From Thermoplasmata archaeon (GTDB lineage Archaea; Thermoplasmatota; Thermoplasmata; Halarchaeoplasmatales; Halarchaeoplasmataceae): a DNA stretch of 64,000 bases. The DNA lies in assembly GCA_046538435.1 (NCBI GenBank), contig JBKHIX010000001.1, positions 184-64,183 on the forward strand, read 5' to 3'. Under the pieces are notes generated by a model. It was not told the DNA's origin. It did no database searches and saw only the letters and a list, made by a program, of their open reading frames with translations. Of this stretch, positions 40,804 through 51,661 are shown piece after piece (position 1 is the first letter of the stretch; each line of letters opens with the position of its first letter). A program made the translations under genes and the position numbers.

Positions 40804-41511
40804 ATGAAAGATAAAAATATAAAAAGGGTGAAAACAGGCATTGAAGGCCTAGATGAGATGCTAAATGGGGGCGTTCCAAAAGGTCACGTATTTACCGTTA
40901 TGGGAGCCTTTGGAACTGGTAAAACTACTTTTTCATTACAATATTTATGGAATGGTTTACAAAATGATGAATCAGGAATTTTCATAACATTAGAAGAAGA
41001 TAGAGATGCAATGATCGAGACAGGTTTGTCTTATGGCTGGGATTTTAGACCTTATATCGAAAATGATAAACTAGCGGTTGAAAAATTAAAACCTGCCGAT
41101 GCACAAGCTACAATATCAAAGATTCAAAGTGAACTACCTGCCTTTATCGATAATTTTGACGCAGAGAGAATAGCTATAGATTCTGTTTCTCTTCTTAACA
41201 TGATGTCAGATTCAAACAAGGAAAAAAGAGAAAGATTGTTCAGCCTATGCCAGATGATAAAAGATACAGGTGCTACAGCACTTTTTACTGCTGAAGTTAA
41301 AGACGATAACCCTAGAAGTTCTAGAGATGGGTTAATAGAGTATACAACAGATGGTGTTATTTTACTTAGATATAATCAAAAAGATATGCAGGATGTTCAA
41401 CTCAGTGTTCAGGTTATCAAGATGAGACGGATCGAGCATTCAAGAAAGATTAAACCTTATCTTATATCGGATAAAGGTATAGAAGTTCAGTCAGAAGGAG
41501 CTATTTTCTAA
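40804..41511 (+). CDS. KaiC-like RecA-superfamily ATPase
   Basis: GIEGLDEMLNGGVPKGHVFTVMGAFGTGKTTFSLQY Walker A and Walker B ...IAIDSVS; GTG at 40795 in the track, ATG at 40804. Confidence 0.75.
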   Translation: MKDKNIKRVKTGIEGLDEMLNGGVPKGHVFTVMGAFGTGKTTFSLQYLWNGLQNDESGIFITLEEDRDAMIETGLSYGWDFRPYIENDKLAVEKLKPADAQATISKIQSELPAFIDNFDAERIAIDSVSLLNMMSDSNKEKRERLFSLCQMIKDTGATALFTAEVKDDNPRSSRDGLIEYTTDGVILLRYNQKDMQDVQLSVQVIKMRRIEHSRKIKPYLISDKGIEVQSEGAIF

Positions 41512-41519
41512 GTGATAAT

Positions 41520-42542
41520 ATGGGTGTCAGGATAAAAGATATTATCCGTAGTAATGAGATAAAATTAAGTGATCTTGAAAATAAAATTATTGCTGTAGAT
41601 GCATACAATATAATATATCAATTCTTATCGAGCATCAGGCAGAGAGATGGATCACCATTAAAAGACTCCAAAGGTCGTATAACTTCACATCTTTCAGGCT
41701 TGTTGTACAGAAATGCCAATCTTATAGAGAATGGTATTAAGTTGGTATACGTTTTTGATGGTAAACCTGACATTATGAAAGAAGGAACCCTGGAAAAACG
41801 TAAAGAAAGAAAAAGGAAGGCTGAAAAAGAGTATGAAGAAGCTCTTGAAAAAGGAGATCTAAAAACTGCTAGAACGAAAGCTCAACAAACATCAAGAATG
41901 GATGCGGAGATAGAAGGCAGCGGTAAAGAATTACTCACACTATTAGGTATACCCTGGATACAAGCTCCTGCAGAAGGTGAAAGCCAAGCTGTTCATATGG
42001 TAAAAAAAGGTGATGCTTGGGGTGTAGGCAGTCAAGATTACGATTCTCTGTTATTAGGCGCACCCCGTTTGATTAAGAATCTAACAATCACCGGAAGAAG
42101 AAAGCTGCCAGGAAGGAACGAATATAAAATGATAAATCCCGAGTTGATCATTTTAGAGGATGTTTTAAATGAGGTTGAAATTACCAGAGAACAACTAATC
42201 GATATAGGCATATTGTGTGGTACGGATTATAATGATGGTGTAAAAGGTATAGGGCCCAAAAGAGGACTGAAGTATGTTAAAAAATACGGTGATCTTGAAA
42301 ATGTATTGAAAGAAAAAGACAAAGAAGTCAATAACTACGAAAGAATAAAAGAACTTTTTTTAAATCCCAAAATTACCGAAGATTATTCTATAAAATTCAG
42401 AAAAATGGATGTGGATGGAATAAAAAATTTCTTATGCGAAAAACATGAATTCTCTGAATCGAGGGTCCAGAGTGCTTTAGATAAGATCAAAGAGGGAAGA
42501 GATAAAGAAAAACAAACGAGTTTAAGCGCTTTTGGGGACTAA
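41520..42542 (+). CDS. fen: flap endonuclease 1
   Basis: XPG-N (IAVDAYNIIYQFL), XPG-I (YVFDGKPDIMKE ... GDAWGVGSQDYDSLLLG) and a C-terminal PIP-like tail. Confidence 0.9.
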   Translation: MGVRIKDIIRSNEIKLSDLENKIIAVDAYNIIYQFLSSIRQRDGSPLKDSKGRITSHLSGLLYRNANLIENGIKLVYVFDGKPDIMKEGTLEKRKERKRKAEKEYEEALEKGDLKTARTKAQQTSRMDAEIEGSGKELLTLLGIPWIQAPAEGESQAVHMVKKGDAWGVGSQDYDSLLLGAPRLIKNLTITGRRKLPGRNEYKMINPELIILEDVLNEVEITREQLIDIGILCGTDYNDGVKGIGPKRGLKYVKKYGDLENVLKEKDKEVNNYERIKELFLNPKITEDYSIKFRKMDVDGIKNFLCEKHEFSESRVQSALDKIKEGRDKEKQTSLSAFGD

Positions 42543-45500
42543 CAAAACTCGTCTAAACTTGGTGTGGAAACTTTATCATTTTGGAATAAAGATTCTATCT
42601 GTTCTTCCAGCTGCTTAACTCTCTGGTAAAGATAATCAGGTACATCATACTTTTCTACCATCTCCAATGAATGGTTAAGATACTTTTTAACGCTCCCTTC
42701 ATGTATAGTGAGAGTGAGATTGCCTCCACAATCACACTCTCCACTCAAAGGTATTCTCCTGTATTTCGTATTACATTTTGTACATCTTATTGTTTGAACA
42801 CCAAATTTATTGAAATTACCGATGAGGTCAGGGATGAAGTGGTCACCTATTACTCTGCTGACAACATCAGCTGTATCAACTGCTCTTATTAGGTCAGCCA
42901 CTTTTATCTGGGCATTCATCTTATCAGTCATCTTTCCCAATCGAGTATACTTACTCATTGTTGGTCCTTCAGATATATCAGCAGTATCATGAGTATATCC
43001 AAATCCCTCGTATTGACTTTCCGTCTCTAACCTATCCTCTGCGAGCTCCATAATCTCAGAAACTTCCTTAGGATCAGGATAATCAACAGTTCGTTCATAG
43101 AATTCTAACGGATACTCCCAAATTGTATCTACATTATGAGCTTCACTGTCTATCTCAGAAGGATCTATTCTGGTTGTTAAAACCAGAGGGGCATCCATTA
43201 GACCCCCACGCTTTTGAGGTAAGAATTCTTCTGAAAAATTTAGTAGTCCATCTAGGAGAAGCATTATGCAGTCCTCATCTCCGTCACAATTCCTTCTTTT
43301 AGCTGCGTGGAAGTATGGGTGTGCATAACCAGCTCTACCTTTATGGAATCCGATCAACCTACCGAGAACACCTCCCGAAGTATGTGGAGCCAATCCAACT
43401 ATCAGCTCACCAATCATATCTTCTTTTCTTTCTGCATCATAATATGAATTTAGGCCATAGTATTTCTCTAAAAGATCATCAATAAATTTTGCAACTTTTA
43501 CGATATACTGTCCTGCGCTATTGGATGCGATAAAATCCTGGACCTTGAGTTCTAACATTTGATCAGGATCTTTTAGTTCCTCACCATGGATGTCCTTTTT
43601 ATATCCTAATTCCCTAGCTCTTTCAACCGATAATCCTATCTCGCTGGGTTTAAAATGGGTCACGGGTAGATCTGTCATATCATATCTTGTCGTACCATCC
43701 TTAAATACGTAAATCCCATACTTTGCTCTTAAAATTCCTTTCTCCAACGCCTCAGGTGTCTTTGTCTTGGTCATCAACCCTTTTACACCCTTGATTTTCT
43801 GGACATTTCCACCTTCCCCTAAATTAGATAAGGCCTGTCGGAAAATATTCTTCACAGGTATTTTCTGTTCTTTTGGTTCATCTATTATCTCACATCTACC
43901 ATCACAAGAACATCTCACTGTTGCACTTGTCCTCCCGCACTCTTTACATCTTCTAGCGCTTACATCAACTTCAATAACACCCTCTTCCACAGCTTTTCTA
44001 ACCAGTCTCTGTGATCCTCCCGCGCTACCTACAGGGAAAAGTGTATGGACCGGGGGGCTCATCTTTCTTTCTTTTGCTTTCTCTGGTCTAGCCATCCTTG
44101 AGCCTATGGAAGTCGGCCCCTTACTTCTGATTGGGACTCCAGCTAACTCAGATACATAATTAATAGGGTCTTCTTCACTACTCTCGTTGATTTTTTCTGA
44201 CGATTCTAAGTCTAAACCTAGAGTAAACGATAAAGATCGATAATCTTTAACTACAATTTTCCCATCCTCTAAAGTATGTGGAATACCGATCTGTTCCATT
44301 AATTCTTTGATTTTTCTTTTTTTGTCTATCTTTAGAGCATTTTCAATTTTTCCTTCCTTCGATATCCAATCCCTCAATTCTTTTATTTCATCCACATCAA
44401 CATAATCCCAAAAATAGATAAATCTTGGATGTAAAGGATACCCCTTTTCTTTTGACAATTCAACCGCCTTTTTATCATCTAATTTACTAGCTGTTATATC
44501 CTCATCTATTTCTTGCTTCCACCATTCATGACAGTAGGCACCTGGAACTAAAGGATGATTGTTTTCAACGAACTCGCCATATGGTATGAGGATCTCTCCA
44601 ACATCTATTATCTCTTTAACTTTTAGATTCAACTCCTTGGCCTCTTCTGCGGTATCAACTCTAGTTACCGTCCCATCATGAAGTAAAACAGTCGGACCTT
44701 CAATCGAGTCACAAGGAGTCACTGCACCTGCTTTCCCTGGTCTTTCGATCTTGACCTGAGTACCTAAGGCTAGGAATTCTTCTGTTAAGTACATAGTAGC
44801 TGGGTTTATAGCGATAGATGCTAATCCCCCTGTTCTAGCCCTACCATATCTTAATCTAAATCCTCCTTTTCTACTAGGGTGTCCAAAAACAGGTCTTCCT
44901 GCTATGGTTTCTTTTATATACTTATAATTTGGTTTGACTCCTTTACTTCCTTCTTCTTCCTCTTCTTCATCAGATTTGCTCTTACCAGACATGTGTTTAT
45001 CGATATATTCATCTAAAAAATCCCATCCGATACCTAATTTTTCAACGTGCTTTTTTAGTTTTTGTGCTTTAAGACACATACCTTCAGCTATTACAAGACA
45101 AGCACCGCCTCTCACTCTATTTGTATCAACTCTTGGTAAATCTCTGTTACCAGATACTTCTGTATCAGTACCTTCACCACTTATACCTACAGGACAACCA
45201 TCTACTATCAAAGATATCTCTTCATTTGAAGGTGTGTATTGAAGTCCTAATGATTTCTTATAGAGAGGGATCTCTTCCTTGAATCTCTGTATTTCATCTT
45301 TACTCGCTTTAAATTCACCTATACCCAACTCCCGTCGAACCACATCAGCTATCAGTACACTCATGGCCTGACCGGTTCCTCCTGCTGAACGGATAGGGCC
45401 TGCAAATGATAATTCAACATAGTCACTTCCGTCAAAATTCTCCCGAATCTTTACTCCGCCGATACCTTCCAACGGAGCAACAAGAATTCCTTCAGTTAAT

Positions 45501-45799
45501 ACTGCTAAACCGATCCTTACTGCATCCTCCAATCTTTCACCAACACTACCCTCATCCCTAGATGCTACTTCTTTCGCAATTCGGATTGATACCTCTTCCC
45601 TATCGTATTCTTCACTAAGCTCTCGAATTTTTTCAGCAGTGTTTTTAACTCCAGTCAGTTCCTGTGCCCTCAAAGCTAAGTCCTCAGCTCGTGGGATTTC
45701 AACTTCAGTCGTAGGGTCATATCCCATATTCCTCGCTTTTTCAGCTAACTGATAACATCCCTCTGCTTTGTCTTCCAGACTTTGGAAATATTGTTTCAT
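42539..45799 (-). CDS. polC: DNA polymerase II (PolD) large subunit DP2
   Basis: 1086 aa; internal CKECGRTSATVRCSCDGRC and C-terminal CTKCNTKYRRIPLSGECDCGG zinc fingers; conserved DP2 catalytic-core pattern. Confidence 0.8.
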   Translation of the reverse strand: MKQYFQSLEDKAEGCYQLAEKARNMGYDPTTEVEIPRAEDLALRAQELTGVKNTAEKIRELSEEYDREEVSIRIAKEVASRDEGSVGERLEDAVRIGLAVLTEGILVAPLEGIGGVKIRENFDGSDYVELSFAGPIRSAGGTGQAMSVLIADVVRRELGIGEFKASKDEIQRFKEEIPLYKKSLGLQYTPSNEEISLIVDGCPVGISGEGTDTEVSGNRDLPRVDTNRVRGGACLVIAEGMCLKAQKLKKHVEKLGIGWDFLDEYIDKHMSGKSKSDEEEEEEGSKGVKPNYKYIKETIAGRPVFGHPSRKGGFRLRYGRARTGGLASIAINPATMYLTEEFLALGTQVKIERPGKAGAVTPCDSIEGPTVLLHDGTVTRVDTAEEAKELNLKVKEIIDVGEILIPYGEFVENNHPLVPGAYCHEWWKQEIDEDITASKLDDKKAVELSKEKGYPLHPRFIYFWDYVDVDEIKELRDWISKEGKIENALKIDKKRKIKELMEQIGIPHTLEDGKIVVKDYRSLSFTLGLDLESSEKINESSEEDPINYVSELAGVPIRSKGPTSIGSRMARPEKAKERKMSPPVHTLFPVGSAGGSQRLVRKAVEEGVIEVDVSARRCKECGRTSATVRCSCDGRCEIIDEPKEQKIPVKNIFRQALSNLGEGGNVQKIKGVKGLMTKTKTPEALEKGILRAKYGIYVFKDGTTRYDMTDLPVTHFKPSEIGLSVERARELGYKKDIHGEELKDPDQMLELKVQDFIASNSAGQYIVKVAKFIDDLLEKYYGLNSYYDAERKEDMIGELIVGLAPHTSGGVLGRLIGFHKGRAGYAHPYFHAAKRRNCDGDEDCIMLLLDGLLNFSEEFLPQKRGGLMDAPLVLTTRIDPSEIDSEAHNVDTIWEYPLEFYERTVDYPDPKEVSEIMELAEDRLETESQYEGFGYTHDTADISEGPTMSKYTRLGKMTDKMNAQIKVADLIRAVDTADVVSRVIGDHFIPDLIGNFNKFGVQTIRCTKCNTKYRRIPLSGECDCGGNLTLTIHEGSVKKYLNHSLEMVEKYDVPDYLYQRVKQLEEQIESLFQNDKVSTPSLDEFC

Positions 45800-45947
45800 C
45801 TCGTCAGAAAATTTTAGTTCCGGCGTACTAATACCTCCATTCCCGCGATAAATATATGCGTAATCATTAGGTAAATCAAGTCATAGAATACCTGATTATT
45901 AAGATTACTGGTGAGCTTGATTTTTAGAAATAAAAGTTGATAAATAC

Positions 45948-46814
45948 TTGTTCATTTTTCACTTATATATGGTTTACAGAAATGCGGAAGAAATAATCAA
46001 AGACAATCAAAAAGGTGCTGCAGAACTTATGAAAGATATGGGTGAGAATATACTTGATATGAATATAAGTGAAGCAAAAGAATATGTTATGAAAATAATA
46101 AAGAATAGATATAGCATGACTCCCCTCATAAATCTATCTAATGTCTTCTTTACTGCTTTAGATGAAGGAGATGACTTCTCTAAGGAAGTTAAAAATTATA
46201 TGAATAAAGTAGAAGAATCTAGAAATGAAACGATAAACAAAATGAAATCTATCATAGATAAAAACGAATTCCATCACGCAGCTACAATAAGCTATAGTTC
46301 CACTGTGATAGATACAATAAAAGATATCAGTAAAGCTACAGTGTTCGAATCGAGACCTCTCAATGAAGGGAGAAAAACTGCGGAATTACTACGATCAAAT
46401 GATACTGATGTTGGATACTGGATCGACGCTGCTATGTTGAAAGGGTTAGAGGACTGTGATTTCGTGATAATTGGTACAGATACTATATCACATAAAGGAT
46501 TTCTGAATAAAATTGGTTCATATCCCTTAGTTATATCTGCTAAAGAAAAAGATATTCCAGTATATGCTGTAAGTGATGAATCTAAATTAATGCCCATAGA
46601 TTTTATAATGTCAAAAAGTGAGAGCCATCCCTCAAATGAAGTCTGGAAAACAATTAAAGAAATAGAAGTTCACAATGAATATTTCGAAAGAGTTCCTTTA
46701 AAATATGTTTCATTCGTTATCGGGAAAGGAGTATTCGATGAATATGAAATAATAAACAAGGTAAAGAAGAAAAAGGTTTCTGATTTTTTAAAAGAGTTTT
46801 ATCCTTTAAGGTGA
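45948..46814 (+). CDS. eIF-2B alpha/beta/delta-family protein (eIF2B-like or ribose-1,5-bisphosphate isomerase-like)
   Basis: IF-2B family pattern (ISYSSTVI..., VIIGTDTISHKGFLNKIGSYPLV); subfamily not resolvable. Confidence 0.55.
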   Translation: MFIFHLYMVYRNAEEIIKDNQKGAAELMKDMGENILDMNISEAKEYVMKIIKNRYSMTPLINLSNVFFTALDEGDDFSKEVKNYMNKVEESRNETINKMKSIIDKNEFHHAATISYSSTVIDTIKDISKATVFESRPLNEGRKTAELLRSNDTDVGYWIDAAMLKGLEDCDFVIIGTDTISHKGFLNKIGSYPLVISAKEKDIPVYAVSDESKLMPIDFIMSKSESHPSNEVWKTIKEIEVHNEYFERVPLKYVSFVIGKGVFDEYEIINKVKKKKVSDFLKEFYPLR

Positions 46815-48065
46815 TATAGGACTTTCCTTTTCCTTCATCTCTTCTTTCTCCATCTTCTTTTGTTTGATCTCTTCTTTTATAACTTCACCTAAATGCTTGA
46901 TGCCTTCTTTTATTTCCTCTTCTGAAGAGTGTGTAAAGTTTATCCTCATGGTATTATACCCACGATCTTCTACAAAGAAAGCGTCGCCAACTACATAAGC
47001 TACGTTCCTCTGTACAGCTTTATCGAACATTTCACGGGTATTTACATATTCAGGAAGTTTAGCCCAAATGAACATTCCACCCATAGGTCTGTTCCATTCC
47101 GCCTCTTCAGGGAAATGTTCTTCCATTGCTTCTAGCATTGTCAAACGCTTTTTATTGTAAAGTTCTTTTATCTCTTCTAGGTGTTTGTCTAATATGCCTT
47201 CAGATACGTATTTCCAAGCCACATATTGACCAAAAGGATTAGTACAAAGGTCGGTAGCCTGTTTTGCGATCACCATCTTTTCTATCAATATTTTTGGACC
47301 AGTACACCATGCGATCCTGAATCCTGGTGCTAAAATTTTAGAGAAAGTTTCTAATCTGACCACTCTATCGTCATCGTCAATAGACATCAGATGGGGCATC
47401 GGTTCCCCCTCATATCTTAAATGTGAGTAAGGTGAATCTTCAACAATCAAAATATCATACTTTTCTGCGATCTCGATCAACCGATGTCTCTTTTCTGCTG
47501 ACATGGTGGCTCCAGAAGGATTTTGGAATGTCGGGACCACGTAAACAAACTTTGGTTTTCTACCCATCTTAATCAATTGTCCAACTTTCTTATCGAGCAT
47601 CTCCATATCCATCCCATCTTCTTCCACTCTTACTGTTTCCATATTTGCTTCATAAGCTCTAAATGCTCCTGTAGCGCCAAGATAGGTTGGTGAGCCAACT
47701 ATAATCGTATCGCCAGGATCCAATAGAACTTTACTCAATAATTCAAGTGCCTGCTGAGAACCGGCTGTTATCACTATATTATCCCTTTCAACCGGCATCC
47801 CTCTGCCTGTCATCATCTTTGCAAGTTCATCCCTTAAATTGTTCACTCCCTCTGTTGAACCGTACTGTAATATCTTATCACCCATCTCATCGAGCAGGTT
47901 GTTGATTATCTCTCTAGTTTCTTCTGTAGGAAATGCTTTTGGATTTGGTAACCCTCCTGCAAATGATATCAAACCGGGTTTTTGTATCAATTTTAGCAAT
48001 TCCCTAATCTCTGAGGCCTTCATCTTGCCTGCTCTTTTCGAGAATAATCGATTATAATCTACCAT
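46806..48065 (-). CDS. PLP-dependent aminotransferase (class I, AadAT/LysN-like)
   Basis: 419 aa; FQNPSGATM and the pyridoxal-Lys region, with an N-terminal arm typical of 2-aminoadipate/aromatic aminotransferases. Confidence 0.7.
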   Translation of the reverse strand: MVDYNRLFSKRAGKMKASEIRELLKLIQKPGLISFAGGLPNPKAFPTEETREIINNLLDEMGDKILQYGSTEGVNNLRDELAKMMTGRGMPVERDNIVITAGSQQALELLSKVLLDPGDTIIVGSPTYLGATGAFRAYEANMETVRVEEDGMDMEMLDKKVGQLIKMGRKPKFVYVVPTFQNPSGATMSAEKRHRLIEIAEKYDILIVEDSPYSHLRYEGEPMPHLMSIDDDDRVVRLETFSKILAPGFRIAWCTGPKILIEKMVIAKQATDLCTNPFGQYVAWKYVSEGILDKHLEEIKELYNKKRLTMLEAMEEHFPEEAEWNRPMGGMFIWAKLPEYVNTREMFDKAVQRNVAYVVGDAFFVEDRGYNTMRINFTHSSEEEIKEGIKHLGEVIKEEIKQKKMEKEEMKEKESPISP

Positions 48066-48165
48066 TTTATCAGCACATATGCGATAAACTAGTGTACATT
48101 AATATTTTCGGTCTATTTTACCTCAATACTTATATGATAGATTGATAATCTTTTATTAGAAGGAA

Positions 48166-48354
48166 GTGAAAATTATGGAAATGACGGGAGGATGCCATAT
48201 CTGCGGTAAAGTTGCAACTCAATCCTGTAAAATATGTGGTATGATTACCTGTGATAAACATCTTAGAAACGGAATTTGTCTAGAATGCAGAACAGGTAGG
48301 AAAATAGATAGAGAGAAAGAAGAAAAAAGTCTTCAAGAAAACGTTTTTACCTAA
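48166..48354 (+). CDS. small C4 zinc-ribbon protein
   Basis: CHICGK...CKICG...CDKH...CLEC; 62 aa; overlaps the ValRS stop. Confidence 0.4.
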   Translation: MKIMEMTGGCHICGKVATQSCKICGMITCDKHLRNGICLECRTGRKIDREKEEKSLQENVFT

Positions 48355-50978
48355 ATTTTTTCTAGAAAGATTATACCTTCTTCAAAATCGATGGACTCTA
48401 CTTCTTCACCTTTATGTACCTTTGACTTTTTAATCTCAACATCTTCTTTACCGATGTTATAAGTTTCACCATCTATCACTATCTTATAATCACCGGATCC
48501 CAAAGCTTTCGAGACTTTTGAAGGGTCTGTTTTCTTTAACTTCTCAACTATTTCATTCGCTTTGTTCTTGAATTTGGGTCCGATCGAAGAATAATCCGGT
48601 ATTATCTCCGTTGCTTTCTCCTCCAACTCATCCGAAGCGATAAAATTGATCCTTTCTGCTTTGACTGTGTTCAATATGTCTTCCTCATTTTCTTTTATAC
48701 CTGAAGCTGAGCTGATTATTCTGATTTCTCCGATCTCCTCGTTCAAAGGTATGCCTTTTTCAGATTTCCAGTTTCTGATTTCAGCTATTATGTCCTTTAC
48801 TAATTCACCCTGTTCTTCAGATTCATCATCGATTAAAATTTCTTCTGGCCAGTTGGAAACATGTACACTTTTCTTTCCTTCGAACTCTTTGTAATACCTA
48901 TCATAGACCTCTTCGGTTATGAAACACATGAAAGGTGCTAGCATCTTCGTTATACCGAGACCTACATTATACAGAGTATACTTCACTGCTTCATCTTCTT
49001 TCTTGTATATCCTATGTTTTATCATCTCTATGTAATGATCGGCCAATACATGCCATAAGAAATATTCAACTTCTTTCAATGCTTTATCGTATCTATATTC
49101 ATTCATATATTTAGTAGCATCTTTGACGAGTTTACTGTACTTGCTTAGTAACCATCTGTCTACTGTCTTTAATTCGGGCATCTCTGTGATTTTTTCATCT
49201 ATAGAACTACCAATAAATTTCTGGAGGTTCCAATATTTGGTTCTTATTCTCTGACCCCTCTTCAACCACTTTTTCTCGAATTCGCTGTCTTCACCGGGTT
49301 TGTTCGAGCCGCCTAGATATCGAATAGTATCCGCACCGTATTCATCTGCTACCTCTTCTGGATCCACAATGATACCCTTTGAGGAGGAAAATGCTTTTCC
49401 ACCAGGCAGCATAAGATATCCATGTATCATGATGTCCTCCCATGGTTTCTCATCAGAATGAAATAGACTTTTTACTATAGTATTGAAAGCCCAAAAACTG
49501 ATTATGTCATGTGATTGTGGTCTCAGTGTGAACGGAAATACTTTGTCGAATAATTCAGAATCATTTATCCATCCAGTTGCTATGTAAGGTGTTAGAGATG
49601 ATGTAGCCCATGTATCTAACACGTCTTCTTCTGGTTCAAATTCTTCACCCCCACAGTTCTCACATTTTTCTATCGGGTCGTCAACCAAGGGATTCACAGG
49701 CAATTGTTCATCCTTCGCTAGTTTAACTTCACCACAATCCTTACAATACCAAACTGGGAAAGGAATGCCATGGTACCTCTGTCTCGATATACACCAGTCC
49801 CATCTCAGTGATTTTACCCAGGTATCATATCTAACCTTCATGTGTTCTGGATACCAATTTAGTTCTTCTCCAACATCTCGATATTTATCTCTAAGATCAA
49901 GATACTTGATAAACCACTGCTTGGTTACTAGGAATTCAATTGGAGAGTCACATCTTTCATGTACGTTCACATCATGTACTATTTCCCACAGTTCACCCAA
50001 TTTATTATTCTTTTTTAGATCTTCGATTATCCTTTCTCTAGCTTCTTCTACATCCAATCCAGAATATTCATCTGCTTTATCAGTCATATGGCCTGTTTCA
50101 TCTATTGCTATCCTCAAGGGTAGATCGTGGGCGTACCACCAATCGATATCCGTCTGATCACCAAATGTACAGCACATAACGATTCCTGTTCCAGTCTCCA
50201 TATCTACCTTATCATCTTCAATAATAGGTACCTCCTGACCAAATAATGGTACCTTGGCTGTCTTACCAATCAGATGTCTGTTTTCTTCATCATCAGGATG
50301 GACGAACACTGCGACACAAGCTGGGAGAAGTTCAGGCCTGGTTGTTGATATAGTTATATGACCTCCACCTTCTAGGTCAAAATAGATATTATTGAACATG
50401 CCTTCCTTTTCTAACTCATCAGTTTCCACCTGAGATATTGCAGTTTCACAGTGAGGGCACCATAATGTGGGTGCTTCTTTTCTATACTCTCTACCCCTCT
50501 TATACAGTTCGATGAAAGACTTTTGAGATGTTTTTCTAGATTCTTCATCTATAGTCCTATAAAATATATCATAATCTGGGAAAGTGCCAACTCTTTTCCA
50601 TTTTCTTTCGAGATCGTCTTCTAACTTCTTACTTTCCTCTAAACACAATTCAATAAATCTTTCACGTCCAACATCTTTTGGATCGACACCTGTTTCATTT
50701 TTAACATAAAGTTCAGTAGCAATCCCATTATCATCAAAACCCCAAGGATAGAAAACGTTGTATCCCTGCATCCTTTTGTACCTTGCAATTATATCCATCT
50801 GTGCATATGAAAATGCATGGCCTATGTGCATCCTACCTGAGATTGTAGGAGGTGGTGTGTCTATAGAAAAGATGGGTTTTTCAGAATCTCTATCGAACTT
50901 GTAGATATCGCTATCTTCCCACCTTTCCAGCCATTTCTTTTCGATCTCAACGAATTCTTCTGTTCCATAGGAAGACAT
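48351..50978 (-). CDS. valS: valyl-tRNA synthetase (archaeal type)
   Basis: PPPTISGRMHIGHAFSYAQMDIIARYKRMQGYNVFYPWGFDDNG HIGH region matches archaeal ValRS as I recall it; KMSKS-like KFSSSKG; 875 aa. Confidence 0.7.
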   Translation of the reverse strand: MSSYGTEEFVEIEKKWLERWEDSDIYKFDRDSEKPIFSIDTPPPTISGRMHIGHAFSYAQMDIIARYKRMQGYNVFYPWGFDDNGIATELYVKNETGVDPKDVGRERFIELCLEESKKLEDDLERKWKRVGTFPDYDIFYRTIDEESRKTSQKSFIELYKRGREYRKEAPTLWCPHCETAISQVETDELEKEGMFNNIYFDLEGGGHITISTTRPELLPACVAVFVHPDDEENRHLIGKTAKVPLFGQEVPIIEDDKVDMETGTGIVMCCTFGDQTDIDWWYAHDLPLRIAIDETGHMTDKADEYSGLDVEEARERIIEDLKKNNKLGELWEIVHDVNVHERCDSPIEFLVTKQWFIKYLDLRDKYRDVGEELNWYPEHMKVRYDTWVKSLRWDWCISRQRYHGIPFPVWYCKDCGEVKLAKDEQLPVNPLVDDPIEKCENCGGEEFEPEEDVLDTWATSSLTPYIATGWINDSELFDKVFPFTLRPQSHDIISFWAFNTIVKSLFHSDEKPWEDIMIHGYLMLPGGKAFSSSKGIIVDPEEVADEYGADTIRYLGGSNKPGEDSEFEKKWLKRGQRIRTKYWNLQKFIGSSIDEKITEMPELKTVDRWLLSKYSKLVKDATKYMNEYRYDKALKEVEYFLWHVLADHYIEMIKHRIYKKEDEAVKYTLYNVGLGITKMLAPFMCFITEEVYDRYYKEFEGKKSVHVSNWPEEILIDDESEEQGELVKDIIAEIRNWKSEKGIPLNEEIGEIRIISSASGIKENEEDILNTVKAERINFIASDELEEKATEIIPDYSSIGPKFKNKANEIVEKLKKTDPSKVSKALGSGDYKIVIDGETYNIGKEDVEIKKSKVHKGEEVESIDFEEGIIFLEKI

Positions 50979-51085
50979 GGTGGGTACTAAATTGTATTAA
51001 GACTTTAAATTTTCGGAAGTTTCTGTTATTAGGTTAAATACAAAAACAGTTATAAGACAAAAAGGAATTATTAGATTTGTTATAA

Positions 51086-51661
51086 ATGAAACTAACCGAC
51101 AAAGAAATCAAAAATATAAAAGAGATGCGTAAAGACGGGTTATCTCTAAATCAGATCGCTGATAAGTTAGAAAAAGATGAAAACGAATTTAAAAATTATA
51201 TAATCAAAGAGAAGTTGTTGAGTAAAGAATTATATGAACTATCACTGCAGTCAAAAGCCTTTAAGATGTTCGACGAAGGAAAAGATGCTGTTGATCTTGT
51301 TAAAGAGGGTTACTGTACAGCAGCTGAAGCCGGAGTTTTAATGGAAAAATATTCCGATCTTTCTGGAGCTGAAGACCAATCCGAACAAATCAAAGACATG
51401 CACAGAAAAATATCAACACAGGTAGGTCTTTTAGGGAGCAGAGTTGCCCGATTAGAGGTGAAAATCATGAACTCGTTATTATTGCCAAAAACCTTTGAAT
51501 GTCCTTCCTGTGGTAACAAAGGTAAGTACGAAGTGGGTGTTGTTTGTAATGCATGTGGACAAGTAGCAACATACATACCAGATGTGATAAAAGACAGTTT
51601 ATCTGGGAAGATTGTAGACACTTCTGTTTACGTGGGCAATAAGGAAGATGAAGAAGACTAA
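51086..51661 (+). CDS. HTH plus C-terminal C4 zinc-ribbon protein (possible transcription factor)
   Basis: N-terminal IKEMRKDGLSLNQIADKL HTH-like; C-terminal CPSCGNKGKYEVGVVCNACG. Confidence 0.35.
   Translation: MKLTDKEIKNIKEMRKDGLSLNQIADKLEKDENEFKNYIIKEKLLSKELYELSLQSKAFKMFDEGKDAVDLVKEGYCTAAEAGVLMEKYSDLSGAEDQSEQIKDMHRKISTQVGLLGSRVARLEVKIMNSLLLPKTFECPSCGNKGKYEVGVVCNACGQVATYIPDVIKDSLSGKIVDTSVYVGNKEDEED

Noticed and set aside
45948-46814. Assigning the eIF2B-family ORF specifically as ribose-1,5-bisphosphate isomerase or MTR-1-P isomerase
   Set aside because: Subfamily discrimination needs alignment of active-site residues, and no partner genes (e.g. type III RuBisCO, AMP phosphorylase) are in the window.
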